Translations under genes and position numbers: made by a program
Notes under the pieces: model-generated
What the model was told of the DNA's origin: nothing
The model's input: only the letters and a program-made list of their open reading frames with translations
Databases searched by the model: none
Assembly (NCBI GenBank): GCA_019828565.1
Contig: JAHDYR010000024.1
Coordinates: 194,534-258,533 of the forward strand
DNA: 64,000 bases
Reading direction: 5' to 3'
Source: Carpediemonas membranifera BICM
Lineage: Eukaryota; Protista; Fornicata
Part shown: piece after piece, positions 12,101 to 21,244 of the stretch
How the letters are laid out: every line of letters starts with the position of its first letter
How positions within the stretch are numbered: position 1 is the stretch's first letter

Positions 12101-12544
12101 GATGAACAGGGCAACGCTATGCTCTGGTTCCCCCGCACCAAGACGGCCACGGGCATCCATAAGCTTATTCCTAACAGGTCATGGGACCGCTTCAACCCGG
12201 CAAGAGCCCTCAAGGCCTGGGTCCCAACTGCGACGCGACACAATTCCGACTCGATCTGGCGCATGATCGGTCCATCGGGAGGTATATCACTCACGTGTCC
12301 ACTTGCAGCGTCCACCCTCCGCACATGGATCCACAGCGCCTTCGGCCCGAGCGTTTCATGGCACTCCTTCCGCAAGGGGGCAGCTACTGAGCTGGCAGTG
12401 GCCAACACAAACACGGAGGTCCTCCTTTCAATGGGCACGTGGTCATCTACGAAGAGCATGCTGAGGTACATGGGTAACGGGGTACGCACCCATCCAGGGG
12501 TCCAGGGTCACCTGGCCTCAATTCTACTACAACCACCACTCTAA
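9188..12544 (+). CDS. Gag-like N-terminus and C-terminal tyrosine recombinase in one frame overlapping pol
   Basis: The C-terminus carries the YR catalytic set: SRGGE (R), KT (K), HSFR (HxxR), GTW (W) and RY (Y). Confidence 0.88.
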   Translation: MAQGSDPPDPTATRLDKLEASINSMSEALNRLAPPPPPEKEPDDEMLESSTVARFNTSESLEEDTMEDIDATLAEMDTFSELPSKRPLKAEAKWLQRVVVITSALPDSATKQRLLLELQARRMVLDLKDDNWSDATTELFQDLFNSTESKSSRTIAYCAAKARSKGRRKDTNGNMGGFTRRREHNNLCSSIPVDEREVVVMGKARRLGRGGRLAPSRRTYQANRHSPATHATTAPGPTAHPKARRDGPTWRDLTLYQRATPAQCPALRGCKGRARCPPGTRPTRPQRNHCGDAGLPALRPKTSSAQPQAQRLHAQDRLSLRLPPDGCGSDRLHATGDRPPERAGVQIQHTRVRLDRCPVRVPVYVHPASKDTREPLQRDNSGVPRRLSHLTSVTSPPSRRRSPNSRAHEVAGSYPRAQQVHPNSHTTPGVPRSHHQHSRRDTADFQGQSRSLCNINRAGPQGRQGRCNRVATLTRPPLVLRKYDTVRQAPAQITPGPTSRLDASHLAADASPAQQLASAAQRSSIQTLRSGQGRLGDQGRTPALGRIRRVLLRVGRLPIQRRPGPLGSRPLSSRVPRLSYRSQGALRDWPGYQAHPNPAHQDPTSYLFGQHRGHRMGQPPGLPMSRRHGHSTPAGYLHHGEHEECRYSLLPYRRAPQCPGGPAVEIRKARLALTPRGTRDDNGQVGSGGDRRHCISGQEARTARIRQESLVPRRSRLPALLDRRQDLSGSADSAFGSGTSSSGEDSDASDPDYVPSDVEVSGNTPLPRSQLTRSQSAETAVPTQDVSQSPLLAHAQHGAILDREARKDQNDCDDRQDPFDELLRHDRLSHFRNESSRRSAAGWVSKFVLSRQAALSDAEQLRAFLLAEGETTGPQSIHRKGYWICQAAPLVSNWRPPPEARQIIKSAENVASLDGLTGGALPVTRAQVRKVVDRRRSSPKAFQVALFAALTFISVSRGGEIFGLTRGDISFDEQGNAMLWFPRTKTATGIHKLIPNRSWDRFNPARALKAWVPTATRHNSDSIWRMIGPSGGISLTCPLAASTLRTWIHSAFGPSVSWHSFRKGAATELAVANTNTEVLLSMGTWSSTKSMLRYMGNGVRTHPGVQGHLASILLQPPL
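9573..11918 (+). CDS. Reverse transcriptase - RNase H - methyltransferase-like (DIRS/PAT pol)
   Basis: RT motifs DLASGYHQM and YLDD; RNase H motifs SDAS, KEL, SDN and ADRLSR; MT-like motifs EIDVTAS and SW...IYLAPP. Confidence 0.92.
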   Translation: MITGPMPRPSCFRTSSTAQKARAAAPSLTAQRRPALRAGVRTPTVTWGVSQEEENITTSVHQFPSMNARWWLWERLGASDEVVGWLRHGVPIKLTGTPPPPTPQRRLDPRLTPKLDEMVRLGVISPCTSGQLRHSAPLFAVAKGEHDVRPVHDLRDLNAITAETRVFRLFGLKRAVRNLKRNDFMLKIDLASGYHQMGVAPTDSTLLGIVLPNGQAYRYNTLGFGWTAAPFVFQSTSIQLAKILANRFNVTIAVYLDDFLISHRSRRLLADAAPQIVALMRSLGAIPGLNKCILTPTQRLEYLGVTINTAAETLQISKDRADRYATSIEQALRAGRVDATEWQRLLGRLSFFASTTQFARLQLRSLQALHPASTLHISQQMRRQLNSWLALLRDRPSRPFAQARADWEIKDELQLSVASDASSFAWGACLFNGDQGRSAQGRFPPEFRDSHIGVKELYAIGQAIKLTPTQRTRTQLAIFSDNTAAIAWVNRQGSPCLADTAIRLLQDIFTTANTKNVDIHCFHIAGHLNVQADRLSRFAKLDWHSPREVLETIMAKWGPAEIDVTASPDKKLALPGFVRKAWSLDDHGFQRSWTGARIYLAPPTALLGAAHRRLEKIRTPQTPTTSPRTWRSAAILLFPDLNSPEVRALKRLSQHKMYLRVHSSHMLNTELSWTERQGKIRMIAMIVKTRSTNSSATTGYLTSETSHRAAQRLAGSLSSSYRDRQPSPTPNNSEHSSSLRARPLARRVSTERATGSVKRLHSSPTGDLRQKPGRSSRVRRT

Positions 12545-13070
12545 ATCACGACGGGAGTCGTGGGGCAGTGACGATTAGCACGGTACCGACATTCTTGGAC
12601 GCGAACCCACGAGGGGTTGGTCGGGGGCCCACTTGCGTGCCTGTGGGCCAACCATTGTTAGCACGTTGCCGGCGGGATATCCCCGTTGGTTAATGAAAAG
12701 AATGTCATGAGGCTAGGATAGCTAGCTGGCGCTACATCGTCAGTAAGGTTACCTCGGGTAACGGGCCCGGAGCGGAGGGCGATGTGATAGCCTCACTCCG
12801 GGCAAAAGGTGTTTCGCCGGTCAGGCGAGTCACGCAGTTTATGCGGACAGAATGGCGCAAGGTTCGGATCCGCCGGATCCGACGGCACGGTACCAGTTAC
12901 GACTGGTATACTCCTTCTCCCTCGGTAAGCGGAGAGGACTTCACGTTTAACTTACACTAGCTTCCTCGTTAACATTGTGTAAATTAAGCGCCCCCCCCGT
13001 TGGTTAATGAAAAGAATGTCATGAGGCTAGGATAGCTAGCAATACAGTTCGTCCAAAAAGGCAATAAACG

Positions 13071-13658
13071 ATGCTCCCTCCCGAAATGGAAATGTCGTCA
13101 TTTTCTGTGCCCCAGGCTGATCCTGGAGGCCAGATGGTGACTCGACGACGTACGAGACTCGTATGGCGCGAAAGCGTCTTCGCCGAGGATGTTCGTGCTC
13201 TTCTTACCGAAGTTCATAGCACCTACGCGAAGTTCGTCGACATAAGCCTAATTGACAGACTGTGGTGTGATACGGACACGGTGTTCAACACATTGTGCTC
13301 TGAAACTGCGGTTGTCGAGCTCATGCGCGACGTCCAGAACAAACACATCGTACGCTTTACCGTGAAAGCCCTGAAGGCGATTGCTGACAGCTTCAAGGAC
13401 CTCCTTAAGGCCCACAGCATCACCACACAGGCGCTGCCAACGGCAACTTCGTTGCGTTCTGCAAACACAGCCCCCAAGTCCATTGCGATTATCGCCTGCA
13501 CGATACGAGACAACACTATGCGTCCAGAGACCGCTGCAAATGTCCCTCCCTCTGCAGTAGAGATCGCGACGGACGACGAGGGTCTGTCATCGCAGCCTGT
13601 TGACGAAGAGGTCCAGGCAGACACGGCAGCTCACGTTTCGGCGGTTGGTTTCCCCTAA
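13071..13658 (+). CDS. N-terminal ORF of the CRE-like element (possibly frameshift-joined to the RT ORF)
   Basis: 195-aa ORF, identical in copy 2 (21232..21819), overlapping the RT ORF. Confidence 0.6.
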   Translation: MLPPEMEMSSFSVPQADPGGQMVTRRRTRLVWRESVFAEDVRALLTEVHSTYAKFVDISLIDRLWCDTDTVFNTLCSETAVVELMRDVQNKHIVRFTVKALKAIADSFKDLLKAHSITTQALPTATSLRSANTAPKSIAIIACTIRDNTMRPETAANVPPSAVEIATDDEGLSSQPVDEEVQADTAAHVSAVGFP

Positions 13659-16523
13659 CCCCGCCATCAGCACCTCCCACTACCCCTGCTCATCGACCCG
13701 ATGTCTTCCTTCCCCGGGTCAGGCCTTGTTCCTCGGAAAGATCGCTCCGCCCAAGCGCGGGCGCGAGAAGTTCACACGAGGCCTTATTGAACGATTGAGG
13801 GAGGTGAACAACGCGACAGGTGACGACGCCAAGCGGGCTGAGGCTCTTAAGGTTGTAGACTACCCCAAGACGCTGTACGCACCGCCGTCGGACCGAGGCG
13901 GACGACGCGCTAGCGCGAGCAAGTGGCGTCGGACGCTGAACCTGATTCGCCACGGGTTTGTCTCGAAGGCCGCCACGTTCATGGTAGCCAATGAGACTGA
14001 CCTGACACCGACTGAAATCGACGCTCAACTGCGGGACCTCCAGGTTGGGTTCAACGGGCTTTGTCCCGACGTCCCCATGCGAGACGTCCCCGAGAACCCC
14101 CTGCAGTGTGTCGAAGTTTCCTATAAGACTCTGAAGACCATCCTCAACACACTCAAGTCTGAGGCGGCCCCGGGGCCCTCCGGGCTATCGTTCCTTCACC
14201 TGAAGATCGCCTACAAGACATCAAGGCGCGAACTAGTCCAGGCTCTGCTCCCGCTGGTTCAGGACATCCTGAACGGAGAAGCTTACACTGATGTGTTCAG
14301 TCATTGCATTCTCGTCCCTGTGCCGAAAGGTGAAGGGAAGGTCCGAGGGGTCGCGATCGGCGACTCTATTCGCCGTGTGGCGGCAAAGGCACTCGCCTGG
14401 TCCGTCCGTAAGCGGCTGGTTGACGTCGATCGTGCCCTGAAGGACCAGTTCGGAGTAGGTGAGAAGTGCGGCTTGGAGAGGTTGGGAGAGGAGGTGAGTG
14501 CAGTCTACCGAAGTGGCGGTACAGTGCTCACACTCGACCTTTCCAACGCCTATGGATGCTTGTCGAGGGCCTTCGCCATGAAGGTGGTGGCGGCCTACAT
14601 GCCGGCGCTCATCCCATACCTGTCGACCATGTACCGACGGGGCTTACTTTTCTCTACCTCCGGCATCACCATGAGGTCGGCTGAAGGCATTCACCAAGGG
14701 GACCCGCTCTCGCCAATTCTTTTCAGCTTAGGCGTTAAGCCCATTCTGGACGTCTTGCGCGAGGCTTTCCCTGGGTGGTGCATCCGTGCCTACCAGGATG
14801 ACATTGTAGCCACCACTACCCGCCCGCTACAGTCGCCTGGGGTCGGCCGTGAGGCCAACAATCTCACAGAACTCGCCGCTCAGAAGTTCAACGAGGTTGG
14901 CCTCCGCCTCAACCGTGCCAAGTGCGTGCTAGCCCATAAGGATGTCGTTGACGGCAACACAACTGGTGGCGTCCCACGGAGACGCGATACCAAGCTGGTT
15001 GGTGTTCCAATCGGCTCCGCCACGCACATCATGCGGGAGCTAGGCTCTGCTAACCGCAAGGTTATGGAGCTGCTTGACGCTGCTGCATCGATGGTCTCTG
15101 ACATTGGCGCGGAAGCCGTCGCCCCTGCCCTCCTAGTGACGAAACTGTGTGCCCTCACCAAGTGGGAGCACTTCTTCCGCAATGTTTCGCCGGGCGGGGG
15201 TGACATGTTCGAGTCGCAACTGGACTTCGAACAGCAGAAGGTGGTCCCCGCCATCCTGAAGTTGCTCCAGTCCAGCGCAGAGACTGACAAGGACTTCGCC
15301 GCAAGGCTCTGTCTGCCGGTCAGTCAAGGCGGGCTCGGATTGGCCATGCCCTCTGTTGTGTGGGCCCCAGCCTATCTGGGTGCCGCACGACAACTCATAG
15401 AGCTGAAGGTCGAAAGGCCCGAGGCTCTCATCCAAGACGCACTGCCATGCATCCCGGCTCTCGCCGCGACGCCCAAGGATTGGCCGACATCATATGGCGA
15501 TGTCAGAAAGCTCTCACTCGAGAGCACGCAGAAGAAGTTGGTACGCCTCCTGCAGGATAACATTTCCAGCCAACTGACTGTTTCAGTCGACTCGCCAAAC
15601 GTGATCAGGTCTCTACTCGCGGCTGATCCAGCCGCTATGGGTCGTAACCCCTGTGACGAGGGTGCTGCACCGATGCTTCGCAACCATGTCGGCCTTCCTG
15701 CCTTTGAGACAGGCCACGACGTCTGTCCGCTATGCCTGGCCCGTAGTGTTAACCACCGGTCTGTCCCCTGCTCAGCCGAGCATTCTCTTACCTGTCCCTT
15801 CCTGAGGGAGGGGCTGGGATCGGAGCGGCACGACCAAATTCGCGACACGCTCGCCAAACTGCTGCGCGGGCACCCCTGGCGCGTAAGAGTTGAGCATTGG
15901 CTCGGACGGGGCAGCGAGTGGACTGTGGACCGGACCAAACGGGTCAAGGCGCGGGCGGACCTCCTCTTGACCAGACCGGGCCATACCGAACCCGTTGTGC
16001 TTGACGTAGTGGTGAGCAATCACACGTCTGCATCTATGCGGAGCAAGAAGGAGCAGTACGCCAACTGGAACGTCCGGGTTATTCCCGTGGTCGTTCGCCA
16101 GAGTGGTGGTGTTGGTGCTGTGCATGGGAGAGGATGGACCGATGAGATGCGCGACGTTTTGGGCCTTGATGCCGAAACTGTTGGGCAGATTGCCGACGCG
16201 GTCATGATGGCCTGTATGCGGCAGCAAGTTCATGTGTTCCATGCGTTCATGCGCCAGGCGGATGCTGCGCACCGTCAAGCTGAGGCTAATGGCCTCAACC
16301 ACTAATACTGATGTTGTTTCTGTACTTTGAGCGTGATCTGCGCGTTATTCGCGTTCGCGTTCGTTGTGACTGAGTGGAGAGTCGAAAGGGAGATTTCGGA
16401 GCGAGCAGTGCCTCAAACCCGACATACTGACCACTAGAGTGACGTCTTCGCTGCGCTCAGGCTCGCGAAGCTCGGCTGCGCCTCGCCGCTCGCAATACAG
16501 TTCGTCCAAAAGGCAATAAACGA
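13084..16523 (+). mobile_element. Full-length CRE-like (RLE) non-LTR retrotransposon family 1, copy 1, flanked by the direct 12-mer TGCTCCCTCCCG
   Basis: The 12-mer sits at 13072..13083 and 16524..16535; the element contains ORFs 13071..13658 and 13600..16305. Confidence 0.9.
13600..16305 (+). CDS. Non-LTR reverse transcriptase, CCHC knuckle and restriction-like endonuclease
   Basis: RT motifs APGPSG, LDLSNAY, GIHQGDPLSP and YQDD; GGLGL; knuckle CPLC...HSLTC; endonuclease motifs RHD, RADL...LDVVV and K..QY. Confidence 0.93.
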   Translation: MTKRSRQTRQLTFRRLVSPNPAISTSHYPCSSTRCLPSPGQALFLGKIAPPKRGREKFTRGLIERLREVNNATGDDAKRAEALKVVDYPKTLYAPPSDRGGRRASASKWRRTLNLIRHGFVSKAATFMVANETDLTPTEIDAQLRDLQVGFNGLCPDVPMRDVPENPLQCVEVSYKTLKTILNTLKSEAAPGPSGLSFLHLKIAYKTSRRELVQALLPLVQDILNGEAYTDVFSHCILVPVPKGEGKVRGVAIGDSIRRVAAKALAWSVRKRLVDVDRALKDQFGVGEKCGLERLGEEVSAVYRSGGTVLTLDLSNAYGCLSRAFAMKVVAAYMPALIPYLSTMYRRGLLFSTSGITMRSAEGIHQGDPLSPILFSLGVKPILDVLREAFPGWCIRAYQDDIVATTTRPLQSPGVGREANNLTELAAQKFNEVGLRLNRAKCVLAHKDVVDGNTTGGVPRRRDTKLVGVPIGSATHIMRELGSANRKVMELLDAAASMVSDIGAEAVAPALLVTKLCALTKWEHFFRNVSPGGGDMFESQLDFEQQKVVPAILKLLQSSAETDKDFAARLCLPVSQGGLGLAMPSVVWAPAYLGAARQLIELKVERPEALIQDALPCIPALAATPKDWPTSYGDVRKLSLESTQKKLVRLLQDNISSQLTVSVDSPNVIRSLLAADPAAMGRNPCDEGAAPMLRNHVGLPAFETGHDVCPLCLARSVNHRSVPCSAEHSLTCPFLREGLGSERHDQIRDTLAKLLRGHPWRVRVEHWLGRGSEWTVDRTKRVKARADLLLTRPGHTEPVVLDVVVSNHTSASMRSKKEQYANWNVRVIPVVVRQSGGVGAVHGRGWTDEMRDVLGLDAETVGQIADAVMMACMRQQVHVFHAFMRQADAAHRQAEANGLNH

Positions 16524-16535
16524 TGCTCCCTCCCG

Positions 16536-16656
16536 AAATGGAAATATCGTCATTTTCTGCGCCCCAGGCTGATCCTGGAGGCCAGATGGTGACTCGACGA
16601 CGTACGAGACTCGTATGGCGCGAAAGCGTCTTCGCCGAGGATGTTCGTGCTCTTCT
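16536..16656 (+). mobile_element. 5' stub of a further tandem CRE-like family 1 copy
   Basis: Matches 13084..13205 with two substitutions, then breaks off. Confidence 0.85.
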
Positions 16657-18930
16657 GTGAGCGAGACGTGGCTCTGGCCATACCCGAGGTGCACACCTGG
16701 CCCATGAAAAAGAAGGAGGGGCCAGTCACAGTCTCAAAGCTGAACAGGATCAAGAGCTCGGACCAATGGGAAGAGACTATAAGAGCATGCATGGGCGACC
16801 CAGTGAACAACAGGGGAGCAAAGGCAAGGGACAAAGTGTTCGGGAACGGAGTGTGGAGCGAACTCCAGCGAACCCCATGGACAGAAATAGACATTTGGGA
16901 AGGCCTCACGGCAGGACTACGGGAACTGGCAAAGGTTTACAACAGCTTCAAGGTGGAATAGAAGCATGTCATGAACCCCTGACTCCAGGACCGGGAAGGG
17001 ATGGACAAGGAATCAGCCATGGACCACCCTCGCTGGGTGCTAAGCTCCTGGGATCAGTGAGGAAAGGCCCCACGTATCCCGGTAGCCAGGAACCAAAGCA
17101 AGGGAAGGAACGACTGCAAGGAATTAACAGGAAGGACAGACCAGAAATAAGAAAGAAAGGACATGCAACAAGGACAGAGCAAGGATAAGGTCAAGGAAAT
17201 CCATATTATGGAATGGCTGGCAGTCAAAAGGATAGTCAACTACAGGGACCAGGATATACCAGTCAGAAACAGAGAATGGGGGCGGGGCACGGTTATGTGG
17301 GAAGCTAGGGAGAGAGTGCAGCATCTACTGGAGGGCACCAGAGAGGGAGCCCCTAAACCAGCGCTACTGGATTATGGCATGGAAACGATCAGGAGGGGGT
17401 GGATGAAGCGGTGCAAAAGCCGTACGGCACTAGGACTAATGGAAATCATGGGGACAAGGAAATTAAGCAAGTGTCTGCAAGGTAAGCCTACGGTAGACCG
17501 AAAGGCTGGGAAGGGGGCAAAGCAGGGCGGAATGGAAGAGAATTGTATCCATTGCAGCCAATGTCAGCCCATCCCCATCGTCGGCAGAGAGAGGGGGAGG
17601 GCCCTATGAGAGCCATCACAGAGCTGGCCCAAGGCGCTGACCTGAAGAGAGAAATTAGCAGACTATGCCCCCTATGCTCGGAGGAGTCGGAGGTGAGCCT
17701 GTTCTACAGGATCATTAGGGAAAAAGCCAGGACCAGCAAGGAAGCAGGAAATGATCAGGGGAGTGGGCAGAGGGCCAGAGGCTAGGATCGGCAGCGCACA
17801 TAATCTGTGAATGCCCGGCAGTAGACAGGGGAGAAGCTTGGACAAAGCTGTGGACAGCAGCGAAGCACAAAAACTAAGGACTTGGAAGTAAGGCAGGGCC
17901 CCCAGGGCGAATGGTACCAGGAAAGACCCATCCTAGAATTACAGCAACTAATAATATGGGGCTCGGAGGACATTTGGGAAGGCCTCACGGCAGGACTACG
18001 GGAACTGGCAAAGGTTTACAACAGCTTCAAGGTGGAATAGAAGCATGTCATGAACCCCTGACTCCAGGACCGGGAAGGGATGGACAAGGAATCAGCCATG
18101 GACCACCCTCGCTGGTGCTAAGCTCCTGGGATCAGTGAGGAAAGGCCCCACGTATCCCGGTAGCCAGGAACCAAAAGCAAGGGAAGGAACGACTGCAAGG
18201 AAATAACAGGAAGGACAGACCAGAAATAAGAAAGAAAGGACATGCAACAAGGACAGAGCAAGGATAAGGTCAAGGAAATCCATATTCATATGGTTGCACC
18301 ACTCGTTGGGACCCCAAGGAAACTGCAGGGACTGGCCACGGGGGTCGGAGGGGCACAGGTGCCCCTGCCGCCCTTGTTAACGACATGGGAAACCAAGGAC
18401 ATGTAGTGCAAGCGAAATGTTGTAAGGGGTAACAGGACAACCAGGCCTAGTGCCTGGGGGTACACCACCCATGCCCTGACCCACGCCACCTAACCGGGGT
18501 AGACAGCATGGACTTAGTCACTTTCCCCGCCTTCGGGTAGGCTTCTTAACAGAGTCGAGGGGGCATGGAATTGGGGAACCGGACAGACGAGAGGGTGCCG
18601 TGGCTGAACGGCTCTACAAGGACTGCAGGGAAGCAAGGAGTGTCATAGTCAAGGTTCTGCAGGACGATCCTGCCTGTCAATGCCCCGAGGACAGACCCCC
18701 AGGCTCCCCGGATAGTTGCCGGACTTTCAGGGAGACAGGAAAGCATATTTGCACGGAGATGGCCGCAGGGCCTCTGGGGCGATTGGAATCGGCTTTCCGC
18801 GGAGACAGTAGCACCGAAAGCCCAAGGCAAACGCTGCTGACCAGTTTGCCACGGGAAATAGGCAGTACCCCGGGGCACTCAGCTCCAAGACAACGGGAAA
18901 CAAGCTCAGTCCGGGGTCAGAATCCAAGCA
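16657..18930 (+). pseudogene. Degenerate purine-rich element remnant of unknown class, with an internal ~318-bp duplication (16890..17207 = 17969..18286)
   Basis: Strong A/G skew and fragmented ORFs with CxxC motifs (CIHC, CPLC). The duplication is directly visible; the element class is a guess. Confidence 0.4.
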
Positions 18931-20341
18931 CCATAAATTTCTTTCTTCTTTCTTAACCATTGCCCGTCAAACACGAGCCCTACCTGCCTCAACACCTTCT
19001 TCCATAGACCATCCACTTGACCTTCAAACAGAGGTCGACTGAGTGCCAAAAGCTGCACATGGTGTTTAGTCAACGGCCTATGGCGCACTGTCTTGTCGAA
19101 AGCAGACCGTAGCTTTGACTCAGACTGGCTGGATGTTCCCATTCACGAGCAGGGACACACTCATGATATTTGCATATGTAAGAGATAGCAAAGATCGGAT
19201 TTAGTCTCGCGGTATCTCACGTGGCCCAGAGCAGCGTGCTCCTGGAATCAACAGGGCACAAAACACCCTGCGTATTCCGGTAGCACACCGTTCTGACTCA
19301 TACGTCCGTCTCTGGTTGTCGTATACAGGTCTATTTACGTGTTTGGTGATGGCGCTCCCTTAAATCTGCTTGAACAGCGTGTCGTGGCTGTAAGTATGCT
19401 GCATATGTCTCAGCGAGAAAGGAGTCACCAATCGCGTTCAGCTTTCTTGTTTCTCGCCTGATAAGGCTCGTAATATCGTTCAAGCGTGAATCTATGAAGT
19501 AATGGGACTGAATGGCCTCTATTGCGTCAATTTCTTGCGTAATGGTTGTGGAATGGCCTAGAATAGATGTTGCAGCTGCTTCCAGCTCCTGTTGCATGCT
19601 AAATGCTGTGTTTTTGGATAATTGGTCGTGTTCAGGCATAATTTTTTTCATGCAAAGTGCAGGCTAATACCCGTCCTTAAACTGTGGGATCAGCCGCTGG
19701 GTAAATATACTGAGAAAAAAACATATAGCTGAGTTCACTGTCTTGTGCTGAATACGGTGGCGCCATTTATTTCTCTGAATCGCTAAGTTTTGTCAGCGTT
19801 GACCGCGCACGACCGGTCGTCCTTACGCGATGACACCCAGCCCATCTTGTAGGTCGGGTGGCCATACCTCGCGGCCTTGCTTGCTTTTTCTTTGACGAGC
19901 AATATTCCCTGAGTAATAGCCTCTCCTTTTCTTCAATTCGACTCTAGCCAAGTCAAAAAACAAGAAATCGACCATATCTCAAAATCTAACAGGTAGATTC
20001 ACTCTGAAAGTGATTATGCGCATATGTACCTCCTTTCAACTACTCACATAATCACTATCGTAGTGAATCTACCTGTTAGATTTTCTGTTATTGTCCATTT
20101 TATCGTTTCGTCTTAACCTGCACGGCGAAATGCTCAAACCAGGCAAGGAGTCAGAGCCAGAGCTTCTTTCCATGCTCTACGTACATCATATGGACTCTAA
20201 AGAAGACCTTCGTTTATCTCTAAATAGCTTAAATTTAATGAATACTTCATTTCTGAGCAAGAAATTGTAGATTATCTAGCGTTTTGAGGTCGAAGATAAT
20301 CTAGGGTTTAGCAAAGATAATCTAGGGATGTTGACAGTATG
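18930..20341. mobile_element. Terminal region of a second CAGTATG-ended DNA transposon relative
   Basis: Ends in TTGACAGTATG, preceded by three AGAT(A/T)ATCTAG motifs (20269-20325) and a long hairpin at 19981-20084. Minus-strand ORF pieces are present, and the region is homologous in patches to 7300-8370. Confidence 0.65.
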
Positions 20342-20370
20342 AAGCGGGCCATCTCTAAGGCCCAACGCAA

Positions 20371-21202
20371 CTCAAGGCCTGGGTCCCAACTGCGACGCGA
20401 CACAATTCCGACTCGATCTGGCGCATGATCGGTCCATCGGGAGGTATATCACTCACGTGTCCACTTGCAGCGTCCACCCTCCGCACATGGATCCACAGCG
20501 CCTTCGGCCCGAGCGTTTCATGGCACTCCTTCCGCAAGGGGGCAGCTACTGAGCTGGCAGTGGCCAACACAAACACGGAGGTCCTCCTTTCAATGGGCAC
20601 GTGGTCATCTACGAAGAGCATGCTGAGGTACATGGGTAACGGGGTACGCACCCATCCAGGGGTCCAGGGTCACCTGGCCTCAATTCTACTACAACCACCA
20701 CTCTAAATCACGACGGGAGTCGTGGGGCAGTGACGATTAGCACGGTACCGACATTCTTGGACGCGAACCCACGAGGGGTTGGTCGGGGGGCCCACTTGCG
20801 TGCCTGTGGGCCAACCATTGTTAGCACGTTGCCGGCGGGATATCCCCGTTGGTTAATGAAAAGAATGTCATGAGGCTAGGATAGCTAGCTGGCGCTACAT
20901 CGTCAGTAAGGTTACCTCGGGTAACGGGCCCGGAGCGGAGGGCGATGTGATAGCCTCACTCCGGGCAAAAGGTGTTTCGCCGGTCAGGCGAGTCACGCAG
21001 TTTATGCGGACAGAATGGCGCAAGGTTCGGATCCGCCGGATCCGACGGCACGGTACCAGTTACGACTGGTATACTCCTTCTCCCTCGGTAAGCGGAGAGG
21101 ACTTCACGTTTAACTTACACTAGCTTCCTCGTTAACATTGTGTAAATTAAGCGCCCCCCCGTTGGTTAATGAAAAGAATGTCATGAGGCTAGGATAGCTA
21201 GC
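20371..21202 (+). mobile_element. 3' part (YR C-terminus, B1-A2-B2) of the PAT-type element, second copy
   Basis: Essentially identical to 12209..13040; ORF 20425..20706 equals the YR C-terminus. Confidence 0.92.
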
Positions 21203-21244
21203 AATACAGTTCGTCCAAAAGGCAATAAACGATGCTCCCTCCCG

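Larger units (their letters stand above)
9063..13040 (+). mobile_element. Full-length PAT/Ngaro-type tyrosine-recombinase retrotransposon with split direct repeats A1...B1-A2...B2
   Basis: A1 9063..9223 = A2 12727..12887 (161 bp); B1 12681..12726 = B2 12995..13040 (46 bp). The empty site CTCGC|AATACAG is visible at 16493/16494. Confidence 0.93.

Noticed and set aside
13084-13160. HDV-like ribozyme at the CRE 5' end
   Set aside because: Only a short CCAGG/CCTGG hairpin is evident. I could not build the nested double pseudoknot by eye; a descriptor search would be needed.
14880-16302. Long antisense ORFs over RT genes (also 25231-26115, 28002-28787, 40668-41387 and 59474-60280)
   Set aside because: They are shadows of GC-rich coding sequence and show no domain motifs.
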